Assembly (NCBI GenBank): GCA_964057225.1
Contig: OZ059898.1
Span: forward strand, 9,176,001 to 9,240,000
Length of the DNA stretch: 64,000 bases
Direction of reading: 5' to 3'
DNA from: Auanema rhodensis
Lineage: Eukaryota; Animalia; Nematoda
The notes beneath the pieces are model-generated. The model had not been told where the DNA came from and made no database searches. It saw only the letters and a program-made list of their open reading frames with translations. How positions within the stretch are numbered: position 1 is the stretch's first letter; each line of letters begins with the position of its first letter. The position numbers and the translations under genes were made by a program. Below are positions 24,732-38,300 of this stretch, in pieces.

Positions 24732-27700
24732 CTATCTCCACGTATTAAAAGAACTGAAAATAGCGAATTACATAATTGGAAAGAAAATCAATGTTTGACA
24801 CGCTTCAGAGTGTAACAAAGTCTAAACTATTCAATCACAAATTTAGACAATGATATCACAAAGAATACAATGTTCGATAACCCACGTGACTACACCAGAA
24901 AGAAATCTTTCTGATAAGACTCAAGAGTTTTCTTCAGGAAGATAAAGCAAAAAAGAGAAAACATCAACTCACTTTTTATTCTGTCCACCACCAAAGATAC
25001 TAGCACTTTGTTGGGTGGATTGATTAGAAGATCCACCTCCAAACACTGAAGTCCCGGCAGGTTGACCCGTACCAAATCCTGCAGATTTATTTGCAAAACT
25101 AAAAAAAATTGAGAATTAAGCTTGAACATTTTTTGAAATCCTACGCAGCAAAACCGCTGGGACTATTCGTATTTGCTGGAGCTGCACCACCGAACACAGA
25201 TGGTTTAGAAGCAGCTCCTCCAAACGGAGAACTGTTGCCAAATACTGGTTTAGATCCAAAAGCTGGAGTTCCACCGAATTTAGGTCCACCGCCAAAAACC
25301 TAAAAAATAATACAAAGATAACAGAATTAAAAAATATTAAACGAACAGAAGAAGGAGTAGAAGGTTGCTGAGCAGCACTGTTAAAGAAACCGGATTGAGC
25401 TTGACCAGAACCAAATGAACCCGTTTGTTGCTGTTGCTAACGAAGTATACAATACATAACTTTGAGGAATAATATTTTACCTGTCCATTACTGAAAGAGG
25501 TGTTTCCAGAATCTTTTTTAAATAGAAAACTTTGCTTCTGTTCATTCGATGGAAGAGCTGATCCAAAAACATTTTTGTTCTCAGTTGCAGGTTTTGCTGT
25601 TCCAAATGATAATGAACTGAAAAAAACAAACACTAAATTTTAACAACCATATGGAGTAACTTCATAAACCCGCTTCCAAAACCAGCGGCTCCCTTATTAT
25701 TTGAGCCCGCTTCAGTCATATCATCTTCCATCATTCCTTCCTGCGCGGCTTTAGCAGCAGCAGCAGCGAATCCTGCATATATTTATATTTTTACAAGTTT
25801 ATATTAGTTCTGACCTGAATTTGTTGTTGATCCGGAGGTTGGTTGATTGAACGAAAAACCGCCAGCAGATGAGTTTGTATTATTTCTGAAAGAGAAGCTA
25901 GCTGGAGCAGCGGTTTGTGCTGGTTCTGAAAGTATCTCCCTTGATTGTTAAAACGAGCGAAAACCGTACTATTTTCGGCTTTGCCAAAAGACCCGAATGG
26001 CGATGAGTTAGTTGTAGTAGCAGTAGAAGAAGCACCACCAAAGATGGATGAGTTACCCATCTGAGCTAAAAAGCAAACGTTAACAAATTAAAACTTGAAA
26101 CCGTACTTGATCCAGTATTACTTCCGAAAATCGAGTTTGACTTATCTGCAAAAAAATAACTAATACAAAATAGGAACGAAACATACCATTGGAAGAAAAT
26201 AATGATGCTGGGTTTTCTGCAATATTATTGATATTATTTTATTTTAATCAGAGCTGACCTGTCGTGTTTCCACCACCAAAAATTGACGAAGGTTTAGCGC
26301 TTTCGGTATTTGTTGATATTCCTCCAAATATCGACGATGTTTTAGTTGAGTCAGTTGATGTAGTCGAACTTCCAAATATGGACGATTTACCTTGTTCAGA
26401 TGCTGTTGTCGAGCCCCCGAAAATAGATGTGGTTTTCGTTGTTTCGGTGTTAGTTCCTCCGCCAAAAACTGAAGATGTTTTTGGAGCTTCAGTTGTAGTA
26501 GGTCCTCCAAAGATAGATGCCGTTTTAGTACTCTCAGCACTAGCGGCTCCTCCTCCGAAAATGGATGATTTCGTTGTTGCTGATTGTTCTGTTGAACCGA
26601 AAATGCTGGGCTGCTCAACAGATTTCTCCTTCGAAGCTTCTCCGAAAATACTAGTTGTAGAAGAATCAGCTTTAGAAGATGTAGCTCCAAATATAGTTTT
26701 AGCTGGAGTTTTATCCACATTTTCTACGACAGACTTCTCGTTGTCTTTATTAGTAGAAGAATCATCCTTAGAAGAGCCAGAATCCGAAATAGCTTCGAAG
26801 AGATTTTTGGTCTCATTCAGTTCGTCTACTTGATCTGTGTCTGATTTTTTTTTATCTGAACCATCGAGTATATTTGTCTTCAACTCATCAGAATTTTTTG
26901 AACAACTTTTATCTTTTTGAGTGTCATTTTCAGTTTCTGAAAATCTCAAGGTAAATTTTTTCTCATATATCTCACAATACCTGTGCCTTTGGGCAAGGAG
27001 ATTGGGGAGGAAGTTTGGGTGCCGAACAAGGAAGTCTTATTGGGTATTGAAGAACTAGAAGGACCGAAATTCGATTTGTTGCTGTCACCTGAAAAAAGTA
27101 CCTTTCTTACAAACTTGTTTAAACAAAACCTCCAACAACGGAATTAGTACTAACAGCAAAAGGAGCAGATTTTGCTGAAAATAAAAAATATAGTTCAATT
27201 GTTATGGGAATGATGCACCTTTAATTTCCGAAGTTTGTGTATTCGAGGAAAAACTGAATCCACCTAAGTTAGCTTGAAAAAAAAAAGTTATAGTGACAAG
27301 TAAATAAATTTACCTAGATTATTTTCAGCAACCTTCGCTGTTTCAACTTTTTTATCACTGACGCCAAATATACTTTTGCTCAAGGGAGTAGATGAACTCA
27401 GCGGTTTGGTGCTGCTTCCGAATATTCCTTAGACAAACTTTATTAACATTAACTAGAAAAATCTGAACCTGTAGTCGAAAAATTATCAATTTTGGAAGGA
27501 GTGTTTAATGAGGAAAGAGCTGGGGTTCCAACATTTTTCTCGACAGCAGTAGAATTCATTTCATCTTTGCAGGCTTAAAAAATATATATACCGACTTCTA
27601 GGCGTATCATGTTTACTTGTTGAAGTGGGTGTAGATACTATGAAATCAGCTTGTGTTGCAGCATCACTCATATTAGCAACACTCTTGAGAGGGATTCTAG

Positions 27701-30700
27701 TATTTTTCTAAATAAAAATTAATAAGTTTGAGTACATCATCATAGAAGAAATTATACCTTAAGAATGTCATCCCGAGAGATAAGTGATTTATCAGCTCCT
27801 GAACTAGTTACACCAGGAGTATCGCTCGCAAATGGTAGAGCAACAATTCTCCGTAATTTTGGAGGATTTTTCAACTTGCATTCAACCAGCTTTGCCATTT
27901 TGCGTCTCATTATTTCAATATCACCAGCAGGTGCAGGAACTGGTTGTATTTTCAACACGTTGACCATTGTAGTTTCTTTGCCACCATTATTTCTTGTCTT
28001 TTTTCTTTCCCTTAAAAGTAAAAAATAATAAAAAAATAGGTGAACCTTTAAACATACATTTTGCATAATACTTGCTGCGTTCCTTTCATATCATCATCAA
28101 CAGTGTCCAAACGATACCTTTTCAGTTAATAATCAAACTCAGGTTCTAATTATTCAAATATACCTCATCGCAGTCAACGATTTATTAATGGCCTTTATTT
28201 GCATCTGTATCAAATCATCGGCTCCTATGGCAGAAGGAAGTAACTGTGCCGATTTGCTTATCTAAAACCAACATAAACTTTGAAAATACTTCAAAGCATC
28301 ACCTGCTCTTTCTTGGCTACGTCAAGCTTTTTCTTAGCATCAGCATACTTTTCTTTAAGATCATCCATTCTGGTAATTAAGCGTTTCATTCGCTCTTCCT
28401 TTAATACACGATACAAAAAATTTAAAAAAACACAAAGACATACTCTGTCGAAATCATCTGTTTCTTTCATTCTTTTCAAAAGAGATTTATCTCCTTTGTA
28501 CATATCAGCAATATCATTCTTTTCTGCAGCAGTTGCGAATGCTTCTATCAAAAGAAATTGCAAAGTAATTCAAAAGAAACTTAGAATGTATACCTTTCAA
28601 CTGTTTCTCCAGACCATTCATGATTTCCTCTAGATTTGAATTCGTTTTAATCATATCAATAATTACTTCTTGTCCATCAATATCTTGATCAACTTAAAAG
28701 AATATAATTAACATTAGCATACAGTAAAATTTTACCAGCAGCATCGACTAATGGTTTTGCCTTTTGAAGCCCAATTTGAAGCACGCCAATATCCTCTCTC
28801 TAGAAAAAGTTCAGTTTTCAAATCAAATCAAATAAAAACTAATTTAAATATGATAAAAGCATTGATATTCGAAGAAAGATTCAAATAATGTTGAAGCATA
28901 CCAAACCGTTCCATTGAGTATTCATATTGCCGATTGTTGTGGTTAGAGAAGCCCGAGCTTTCTGTATATCTACGGTAGGATCTGAGGCAGGTTCTTCCAC
29001 AGGAACAGGCTGAAAATTGAAGAATTACTTTCGTTTACATTGAATATCATTACCTTTGTCGTGACCTCACTTTTGCCGGCAGAGTTAAATACTGATTTTT
29101 GGGTGTCAGCCGTCGGTTCTGGTACATGATGAGTTTGAGCAATGGGTTTTGACGTTTGAGTTATAGTAGTAGTTGCAGTTGAACTCAAAGATGATCCTAT
29201 TATTTTATTCGGTGCTGTAGCTTTAGTTGGTGAAAATATAGTATTGGATGTGGGAGCAGTATTTGATAATGGAGTTGCGTTCACTACTGGGGCTGGAGCA
29301 ATAGTTGATGCTAAAATATTCCACATTATTGTAAAGAAAATATAAAAATAAGAGTCACCAGCTTTTGAACTAAACAGAGTACTGGGAGCAGTGGAGCCAA
29401 AGAGTGAAACAGATCCTGGTGCAGGAGAACCGAGCAAAGATGAAGATTGATTTCCAAAAATAGACGTACTTTTAGATACTAAAATAAACGAATGAGAGTA
29501 TAGTAATACAACCGTATAAACCTGCAGGAGTTTCCACTTTAACTAATGGATTGCCAATCACTACTTCTGATAAATTTATGGGCAACGTAGGGCTAAATAG
29601 AAAAACGTAATGTTTAAAAATTTAGGAAACCAAACATTTGAATATCAGCAACATCCTGTTGGAATATAATATGATTAGCAGCAAGAACACCGTCTGAGTT
29701 AAGCACATACGCAATTGGAGAAGCTCGATGAGTTTTTTGAGTGGACGGGTCTTCAAATTTGAAATTTAAAACTACAACAACTTCGTTTTACCAATCACAA
29801 CAGGTTTCGTAGCAGAAAGATCAATGGCCATGCCTACAGGGAATGTATCACCCATTTGAGCATCTGTAGGAAGATCAAACCGATCACAATCATCCAAGCT
29901 CCAAACCTAGAAGAGACAATGAGAAAAGAATATTAGAAAAACATACTTTCCAATCGTCACCCTTTTTACCAATTACAATGACCTCACTTGTTTTGGAATT
30001 CGAAACCAAAATTAGATTCCAAGCAACTAATAAAGAACAATTTGCACTTATTTTGGGTTGTAATTTAGAAGACTGGTTCCCATATTGTAAATCGGTCAAT
30101 ACAGTCCAGCTTGGGGGTTTATTCTGAAAAAATTATACTATAATATGAAATTTAGACTTATAAACCTTCAGTATTCGAAGAATATAAGTATATGAATCAC
30201 TTTTGTCTTTTTCGGAGAAAGACACTAGCCAATCAGTAGTAGCCAGCCAACAAAGACCTATAGTATTCCGTGTACATTGTTATAGACATGATACAAACCA
30301 CTAAGAGTTAATGCTGTTCCCGGTGACACTCCAGGAAGTCCTTCTTTCGTAGGAGTATTTCGAACAATCTACACAGCTTTTATTTCAATAAGTAAAACCA
30401 AATATTTACCTCTAGTTCTGGCTTCAACTGCAAAATTGCTCCCGATTGGTCCCCGATCACAAGCTGTTTTCCTTTTGGGCTCCAACTAATAGCAAGAGAA
30501 ACTTCGGGCAATTGCTTAGATCCAATTATTTGATACGTTTTAGGCTTCTGCAATTGAAGGGGAAAAAATAATATTATGGTTTCATTTCAATTCACATCCA
30601 AGCTGACTGAAGCAACTAGCAAAGTTTTATCACTAGCTGAGGCGGCAAATGTCTCAGAAATTGCCGGATTCCATTCTAAGCATACTCCAGTAGCAGAAGG

Positions 30701-31287
30701 ATCAGATCCTATTCTGACGGAAAGAAAATAGCTCACCTAAAAGACGCATGTGCTAAATTCAGAAAACTGTAAACATACTGGCTGATTGAATTTTTGGGAG
30801 AAAACTCGAATATCAAATAAATAAACAAAACAACCATTAGAAGTTGAACATAAAACGGCCAGAATTTTTCCATCAGCATTAATGCCTAATGAATTAATTC
30901 CCTGCAAAGATACGATTATCACTGTACATTCGAATAATGAAACCTGTACACCAGGTAAAGTAATGTTCTTCTTTTCTAATCCAGTAAATTCCAAATTAGC
31001 ATTATCCTTTGAAGGAATGAGATCATGTATGGCACTTGTGGAAAAAGAAGAAAGCTTAAAAAAACTATTTTATGAGGATTTCGTTTATAATTACTTCGTT
31101 AGGTCCAGTGCAACATATGGCTATCTGATACTGCGAGGACACTGCTACAGAAGATAAACAACTAGATATTTTATCACCACTAGTAACTCTGCTTTTCCTT
31201 AAACCAACAAAACCAAAATCCTGAAATAGTTTAGTAATCCAAGCAGTGATGAATACTTACAGTAACTTCCACTGAAGTGTCATCCAT
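24732..31287 (-). CDS. npp-14: Nucleoporin Nup214/CAN ortholog (beta-propeller, coiled coil, FG repeats)
   Basis: Starts MDDTSVEVT/DFGFVGLRKSRV, similar to the Nup214 DF.F..L.K.R motif. Propeller motifs include EWNPAIS and SWSPKGKQL. The coiled coil is at about 28000-28950, followed by numerous SIFGG/FG repeats. The last exon 24753-24732 gives SFNTWR*. Confidence 0.9.
26270..26705 (-). repeat. About 10 coding FG repeats (x-S-[IV]-F-G-G) with 14-16 aa S/T-rich spacers in Nup214
   Basis: ORF 26248-26949 reads TIFG, TSIFG, PSIFG, SSIFGG, ASIFGG, SSVFGG, TSIFGG, SSIFG, SSIFGG, SSIFGG. Confidence 0.9.
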
Positions 31288-31684
31288 TTTTCAAATGATA
31301 ATCTGACACAATGTTGTAACCTAAACTGAAAAAATTAGCTAAAATATAAGCAGAGACATAAAAAACACAAAAGAAACTACATAACACGGTTGAAGCTTGG
31401 TGTTAAGGCTTGAGTACCAAACTAATTCAAATTCACATCCCGCATTTTTTTTCTGACGTCATACTGCACAATTTTTCATGTAGTGCCATTGGTTGTTTAT
31501 AACACAAAATCTTCCAATAGTTCCGTACTGCCCAACTAATATTCAATTTTAAGAGCGTCAGGATTATAGCATATTTATTTAGTACAAATATAAAACAATA
31601 TGAAGATCGCAATGTTCGAGTGATTAACAAGTGAATTCTATGAAATAAAGCTAAGTTACTGACAAAGAATCTATCAAGTTTTGT

Positions 31685-32249
31685 TCAAGCAAAACCAAAG
31701 CCAAGAAGCCATCCAGCAGCGAAACCACTTATCAACCACCCATTGGATTTTATAAAAGTAGTAATCTAAATAGAATATAAATTATCTAGCAACAATATCT
31801 TTTCAATACATGTTTCTCGTTAATGGCAACTGCACTCCGGCCGTATAACTCTTTTTCGATTCCTTTTTTAAAATCACGAAGATCATCCTCAAACTTGGAA
31901 CTGTTCAGTTTGATATAGCCACGATAATTGCAAAACTAAGTACTTTATTAAATTTCGTCATTCATTCTTTTTAATACCTGAAAAACCAGAAGGGAAACTC
32001 CTAAAACTGTTGCCGTAGCTTTGCTTCCTTTCGTAAATAAATAGCCTGAAACCCTAAAAAGATAAGAATGGTTTGATATACACCTCAAATATAAATTTAC
32101 ATCCCCGCGCCTCCTCCTATTCCTATCTGTACTGGAACAGGCTTATTTTGTAGATTGTCTATGTAAGATAAAACATCGCCTGCAGGTCCTTTCCTTTTCT
32201 TTGGTAAGGCATCACGAATAGCGGCAATTATTTCTTTACCGTCCGTCAT
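31685..32249 (-). CDS. fndc-1: FUN14-domain mitochondrial outer-membrane protein (FUNDC1/2 ortholog)
   Basis: Four exons give MTDGKEII...PVPVQIGIGGGAG / GYLFTKGSKATATVLGVSLLVFQ / YRGYIKLN..KFEDD / FIKSNGWLISGFAAGWLLGFGFA*, a classic FUN14 pattern. TTTCCAG lies 2 nt before the ATG. Confidence 0.88.
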
Positions 32250-33066
32250 AACTGGAAAGAAAACAGAAAATATTTAGCTCAAACGAAAAGCAGTAAAAGT
32301 GAGTTAGTTTAATCAAAAAAAAACGCTGCTATGCTTGTTAAGGTTGGCCTCACACATTTTCACTCTGGCGTCGTACGCAATGATCGTGATCCAGTTTACT
32401 ATAATATTATATTAACAAACCTAGTCTATCAAAGAGATTTCTTTTCATTTTTTTCTTCAATTTTATTTTGCTAAGTTAAGTATTCACTGGTTTCTAAGTT
32501 GAAACGCTTTAGCCAGGTATGTGGGGTGTATCATACGCTTATCATTAAATGATTATTATTTGTAAAGCATTAATATTCAAAAACCTAATTTTTTGAGCGA
32601 GATACATTAATAAAGTCTACATATTTAAAATATTTAAAATTACTGTGCTGAATCGAAGTTTGAAATTTTCAGTAAAATGGCTCAAAACACCACGAACACA
32701 AAATTGTTTTTATAATTGTTCAGAGTTGATTATAAACCGTGATTATAGCGAAAGTATCTGTTAGAATGATTGGCATACTGTATCCCGTAATAAATACAGT
32801 ACTCGAACTTAAAACTTTATACAAACGAAATTGCAACGAGCTGAGAAATTTTACATTAATAACATTCACCCGCACAAAAATGGAAAGATTAATCCTAAAT
32901 TATAAATAATATGTTTTAACATTTGATGTAAAATAGAAATAATATGCAAACATTGACACTAAAGCTATTGATCACTATGTACAAAATTAATTAAAGCTGT
33001 CCCACGTAGAAATTGTTCATAGAAATTGGTATCTAGTGTGAAGAATAAACATCAGTCTGAGCCAGA

Positions 33067-35396
33067 TTAGGATAAACTTTGAACAACTTGCGAAAGATAC
33101 ATTGAGTGTTTCGCAAGTGTGGTTACAGTAGTATCCGTTGATATAGATGAAGTTTGAGATTCTTGATCAATATCCTTTTTCTAAAAATTAAAATATATTA
33201 TGAATATCAAGGCCTATTACCTGAGCTCCTTTTGGCATAGCCCATGGCTGAAGATCAGCAGATCCCCAGTATGTAAAGAAAAAAACTGGAAGAATAGCAA
33301 CAACAGCCGATATTTCAAAAACAATTGTCCATTCCCTCGTGGAACTTGTACTAGAAATAGATTCTCAAATATATATTTTAATTGGGTACTCACGAAAGAA
33401 TATAACTGCTGATGAGTTTGTTCATAATGGAAAATAAGGCAACTACTGTAAATGAAATTCCGGTAATCACTCCGGAGTAAGCTGGAGCAAGTTGTACTAA
33501 AGCTGTTTGAACTCCTGGAGTATGCAATCCTAAAACTTTTCCATTGAATAAACCATCTGCTTTTATGATTATACCTGCAAAAGCATTTGCCAAGCAAAGT
33601 ACAATGATAGCTGGAGCAGGATGTCCTATATTCCCGAGGAATGGTGTAATTCCAACACAGATTCCCAACCCCAACGAAGCAATAAAATTAAAAAATTTGC
33701 AAGATGCTGTTTTAGCTAAAATTGATCATTAAGTAAAAAATTACTGAAAATTAAGTCATATACACAATAGAGGAGGTTTCTTAGATGTTATCACTGATGA
33801 CAATGATGACGATAAAGTTTTTGTAATGAATAATATTACAGAAGGAAGAGCTGATACTAATCCATTAATAGATGAAGAAAGCCCTAATACGTCCGAGAAG
33901 AATTTCGGAAGAAACTAAAATATAGTTAGAAAAATTATAATTTCAGAATATAATTCTCACTTGTAGCATAATTACAAGAGGATATTCATGGCAAACTAAT
34001 GCGGCAATAGCCACATATAAAGGCGGGCACGTGAAAATAGCTTTCCAGGGTGGACTTCCTCGATCAGTTCGTTTTCCTAATCGTTCTTCTTCAATTTTTC
34101 TGCATATGTAGGAATCCTCCGTCTGATGCAATATTTCAGTTTTGAGTCTAAGTAATTAAACTTATACCTGAGAGATACAACAGTGTTTAGATGGCTTATC
34201 AGCCGATAAAAATATCCAAATAAGAAAAACTATAGCACATATAATGGCGGATAGATAAAATATTGCTTTCCATCCTCCAAAATCTGCATTTGAATCACAT
34301 AATACTCCTGCTACTGGTAATATCAAAAGAGTTCCTTAATAAAAAAAACAAATCAATGAGAAGTTATTAAAAAACTTTTAAGTTATTGATTTGATTAAAT
34401 ATTTAAATAATTCGTCATATTAGAGATAAAACAACAAATCTCAACGTCAATAGAGAAATTCTAGATATTAACGTAGTTGTAAGTAAACAATACGTAGTAC
34501 TAAACTGCTACTTCTAAGCATTTGTACACAATTCTTGATTATCTAGTACTCTTATATTCTACGATATTGGAAAGAAACTGAGAAATCTGTTTTCGTACCT
34601 ATTTGTCTTCCTCCGGTTACAAATCCTAGTGCAAATGGCCTCTCTTTCGGTGGAAACCAGCGTGTAATCATAGAAGAAGCTGATGGAAACAATAAAGCAT
34701 CACCCATTCCAGTAATTACCCTGAATATAGTAAATGTTATGGCTAGCATTTCAATGTATGAACCTCATGACAAAAACTAGCCAAACAGATGTTGAAGCAA
34801 CAAATGGTATGAGTGTGTTTGATACTATCAGCAGTAGCAAAGAAACACATACAGACCATTTTCCATTTAGCTTATCAGCTTGCCAGCCTGTTATGAGCAT
34901 GAAAAGTGATCCGAAGTTTTGGGCAGCAAAAATAAATCCTAAACAATAATTTTGAATATAAAATTTTATGAATAGTACCGTACCTTGTTGGGTATTTGTC
35001 CATTCAACTTTGTGTCTTTCGGTACATGGGGTAATAAATATATCCTCTTGCTGTTGTCTTAAAACAAAGAATGACCATTATAGCTATCATTATATGTAAG
35101 TATTACCTTTTAGACCTACAAGGAGTATTAGAAATAGTAGTAAGTTCTTCTTTATAATTCTCGTCATCTATATTTCTACGGGTTCTATTTGAATCATCCG
35201 TTGGCAATTCATGTGTAGCTGGGCTTTTTTTAACCATGCAAACCATACTTTGAGATATATTTGAAGTAGAAACTGATAATGATATGAAACAGAGACATAA
35301 GATGATGGCAAAGAAAAATCGCGTCGAAGGGAATATGCGACTTCGTTCAGATTTTAGAAAGACTGGTGGTGGCTCTAATGGCGAAACTTTAGCCAT
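33067..35396 (-). CDS. SLC17 family MFS anion/phosphate transporter (sialin-like)
   Basis: Starts MAKVSPLEPPP...FPSTRFF...SMVCMV. Other motifs are EWTNTQQG, ITRWFPPKERPFALGFVTGGRQIG, WKAIFY, DKPSKHC, PPWKAIF, LAPAYSGVITG and GSADLQPWA. Stop TAA is at 33069-33067. Confidence 0.9.
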
Positions 35397-38300
35397 TTTG
35401 AATATCTAAAATAAGAGATTTTTAAGGTTTTTTATGAAAGATTAATTGAGAAAAAAAGGAACAAGTAAACGGAGCGACAACAGCATAACGAGCCTACAAA
35501 TGAGAAACATCGAAAAATGGCTAGGTTTTAACGGAGCTAGCCGACTATTATCTCATTCTAATATGAAAATACATACATGGTAGCAAAACGGTAAATACTT
35601 AATGTAGTTAAAAACCTATCATACTCAAAATGTAAGATGGGAGAAGAAAAAAAAGAAAGAGATAAAATTTGTATGGTGCTACGAGTGCTTTAAAGAGATT
35701 TAGAGAAAATGGTTGGGAGTCAACAAATGGAAAACGATAATCGGTTAGTTTAAGAAATTGACTTCAATTGGACACTTTTACTCACTCTCTTCTTTCTTCA
35801 TCATTTTTTAAAGTTAGTTCTCAATGTTTAAACATTTTGAATAGATTGTGATTGTTTTAAATAGAGAAAAATGAAAATACAAAAAAAACTACAAACTAAA
35901 TAAACAAGTGGATATACATAACATACGGATGTATACAGGTACAATAAGAGAGTAAAGATGACCAGTTGAGGAAAGAATAACATAGATTGACATACATAGT
36001 TCCTAACTTCCATTTCCTGTTGTATACAAAATATTTTTCTACTGTGTATAAACCATATCACGTAACTTAGAAAGAAAATAGGAAAGTAAAAGGTATTATT
36101 AACAAGAAAAGTAAAAATGTTCTAATGTGCTCTTTACATTTTAAGTTTTAGGTTTTTTCAAAGGAAAAACAACATATCTAGTTGTGTGCTTGCATTGAAC
36201 TACCATAGCTTCTATCATTATTTGCTTTATCATTGATTTTACTAGAAAAAGAAATAAATGCAACGAAAAACAAATTATTCTGAAAAACTTAATATATTCT
36301 ATTTCTATAAAATATGAATTAAATCAATATTTTAATTAACTACAACAAAATATATTAATTGAGTTAATCTAAATATTCTTATGATTCTTATGAAAATTCA
36401 TATCATTTCCTTAATAAATGAAATAATTTTAATATTAAATACAAATAATGGTGGGTGACAAGAGTATTTACAATCAAACTTTATTAAACATAAGTTTTCA
36501 TATTATAAAAATAAAATTTATTTCAAAATAGCGCTTATGGTTACAAATCTTGTTGCTGTATCTCGAGTGACGATTTTGATCTTCATGACGTTTAAAAAAG
36601 GTTTTTCAAAAGTTTCTAATAGTTTTATAGGAAAAGACCAATGACTCTGGAATTAATTACTTTTCAGCTTAAATCAAGATGTTGAAGACAATGTTGCAAA
36701 TAATCTCTTCAAATATGTGGGAGTTTAGTTATGTGTATTCTTTGAGCACCTTTAACACTGAAGATTATAAGAGAAAATGACTATGAAATAGATAGATTAA
36801 AGATGAAAACAAATATTTAAGTATAAAATTCAAAAGATTCTCTTGTTCTTTTGATTTCCTTGCAAAAGGAGTCTATTTTTGATTTTATGTGACAATATGT
36901 TGGAAATCACATTTTCAAATTTTGAACCGAGCATCCTCCCAAAATTTCACATTTACCTACGGTTGTGAAGTGAGATTGAGTAAGTGAACCATTGTTTAGA
37001 GAGCAATGTCATAGAAAGAGAACCCAAGTTTCACAGACAAATAAATAAGAGCCTCCATTTGAATAGGATAGTCATAAAGTTCTTTGAAATTTCTCTCTAT
37101 TTCTATTATTAACCATTATTGAAATTCATGTGAAATATGAAGGGTTTGAAGGATAGTAAGTGAAATTAGAAATAGTACATAGTGGGAAGACATATACATT
37201 TGTGTAAACAATAAAAAAAGAAAAGAATGAATGGATGTAACTGAGAGCTAAAACAAGATTACAGAAGGTGCTTTCAATTTTGGTCAATGAACAGTCCATC
37301 GAAATTAATGCACTCAAGTGAATTCCGGATAATTTTTGAAGTTTGTTAGTTATTAATCAAATTATATACATATCATATTGGTTTTAAAATGATATTATCC
37401 AGATAAAAGTTGAACTTTTAATGCAAATCCTAATATAATACAAATATTGATGAGCTCTAAAGAAAAGAAATTCATTTTCTCTTCTTCAATAAGAAAAGAA
37501 AAAGAGAAATACTAATAGCCAGTAGTCTTCAGTTCTTTCAAATAGTAGAACGGATATAGTACTTGTGAAGAGTAAGTAGAAAACAAGAAAACAAAAACAT
37601 CAGAAGATGTTTATTGATTGTATGCGGATCAAACAAATAACAGGAAAGCATAATAGTGAATACCAAGAGCCATATTATGTCTCAAAGTATATGATAGTTA
37701 TGATCTTCCTTTTCATTTCTATATATACAAGTTTCAAATGAATACTTATATTATTTCCATAAAAGATCATCTGAATTAGTTAAGAGAAATGTTTAATATA
37801 CTCAAGAATTATCATTGTATACAGTTAGTTTAGTTTATTTAAAGTTAAAACTTTCTTTTTATGTTAAAAACAAATATTGTTTTAATGAATATCGATATCA
37901 AATATTAGATTTAACCGACTGCACGAGCTTGATATTGATGTTAGAGCATGAGACAATTGTTTTGACAAATTTCAGCTGGTGGCAATTGATTTAGAAAACG
38001 ATGGACAACACTTATCATTTAGTTTGAATTGAATTTAATATAAAATAAGAATATAGTCAAATAAAATGAAAGATTAGTCATTCATAGACATACATATTAA
38101 TGTATCTACTACATTCATTGTTTACGTGCAAAAGTTGAAAAATCAACAAAAGTTCAATTGGTTAATCCGTCATCATACATGCGTATGTTATAAGATTTAC
38201 CTAGGTGAAATTTAAAATCAAATGAAGCAACAAGATAAGAAAAATGGCCGGTAACGAGAACTAGTTGACGATAACGACGACCACGACAACTACTATAATG

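Noticed and set aside
26244-26833. 189-aa (+) and 158-aa (-) ORFs overlapping Nup214
   Set aside because: Shadows of the FG-repeat exon.
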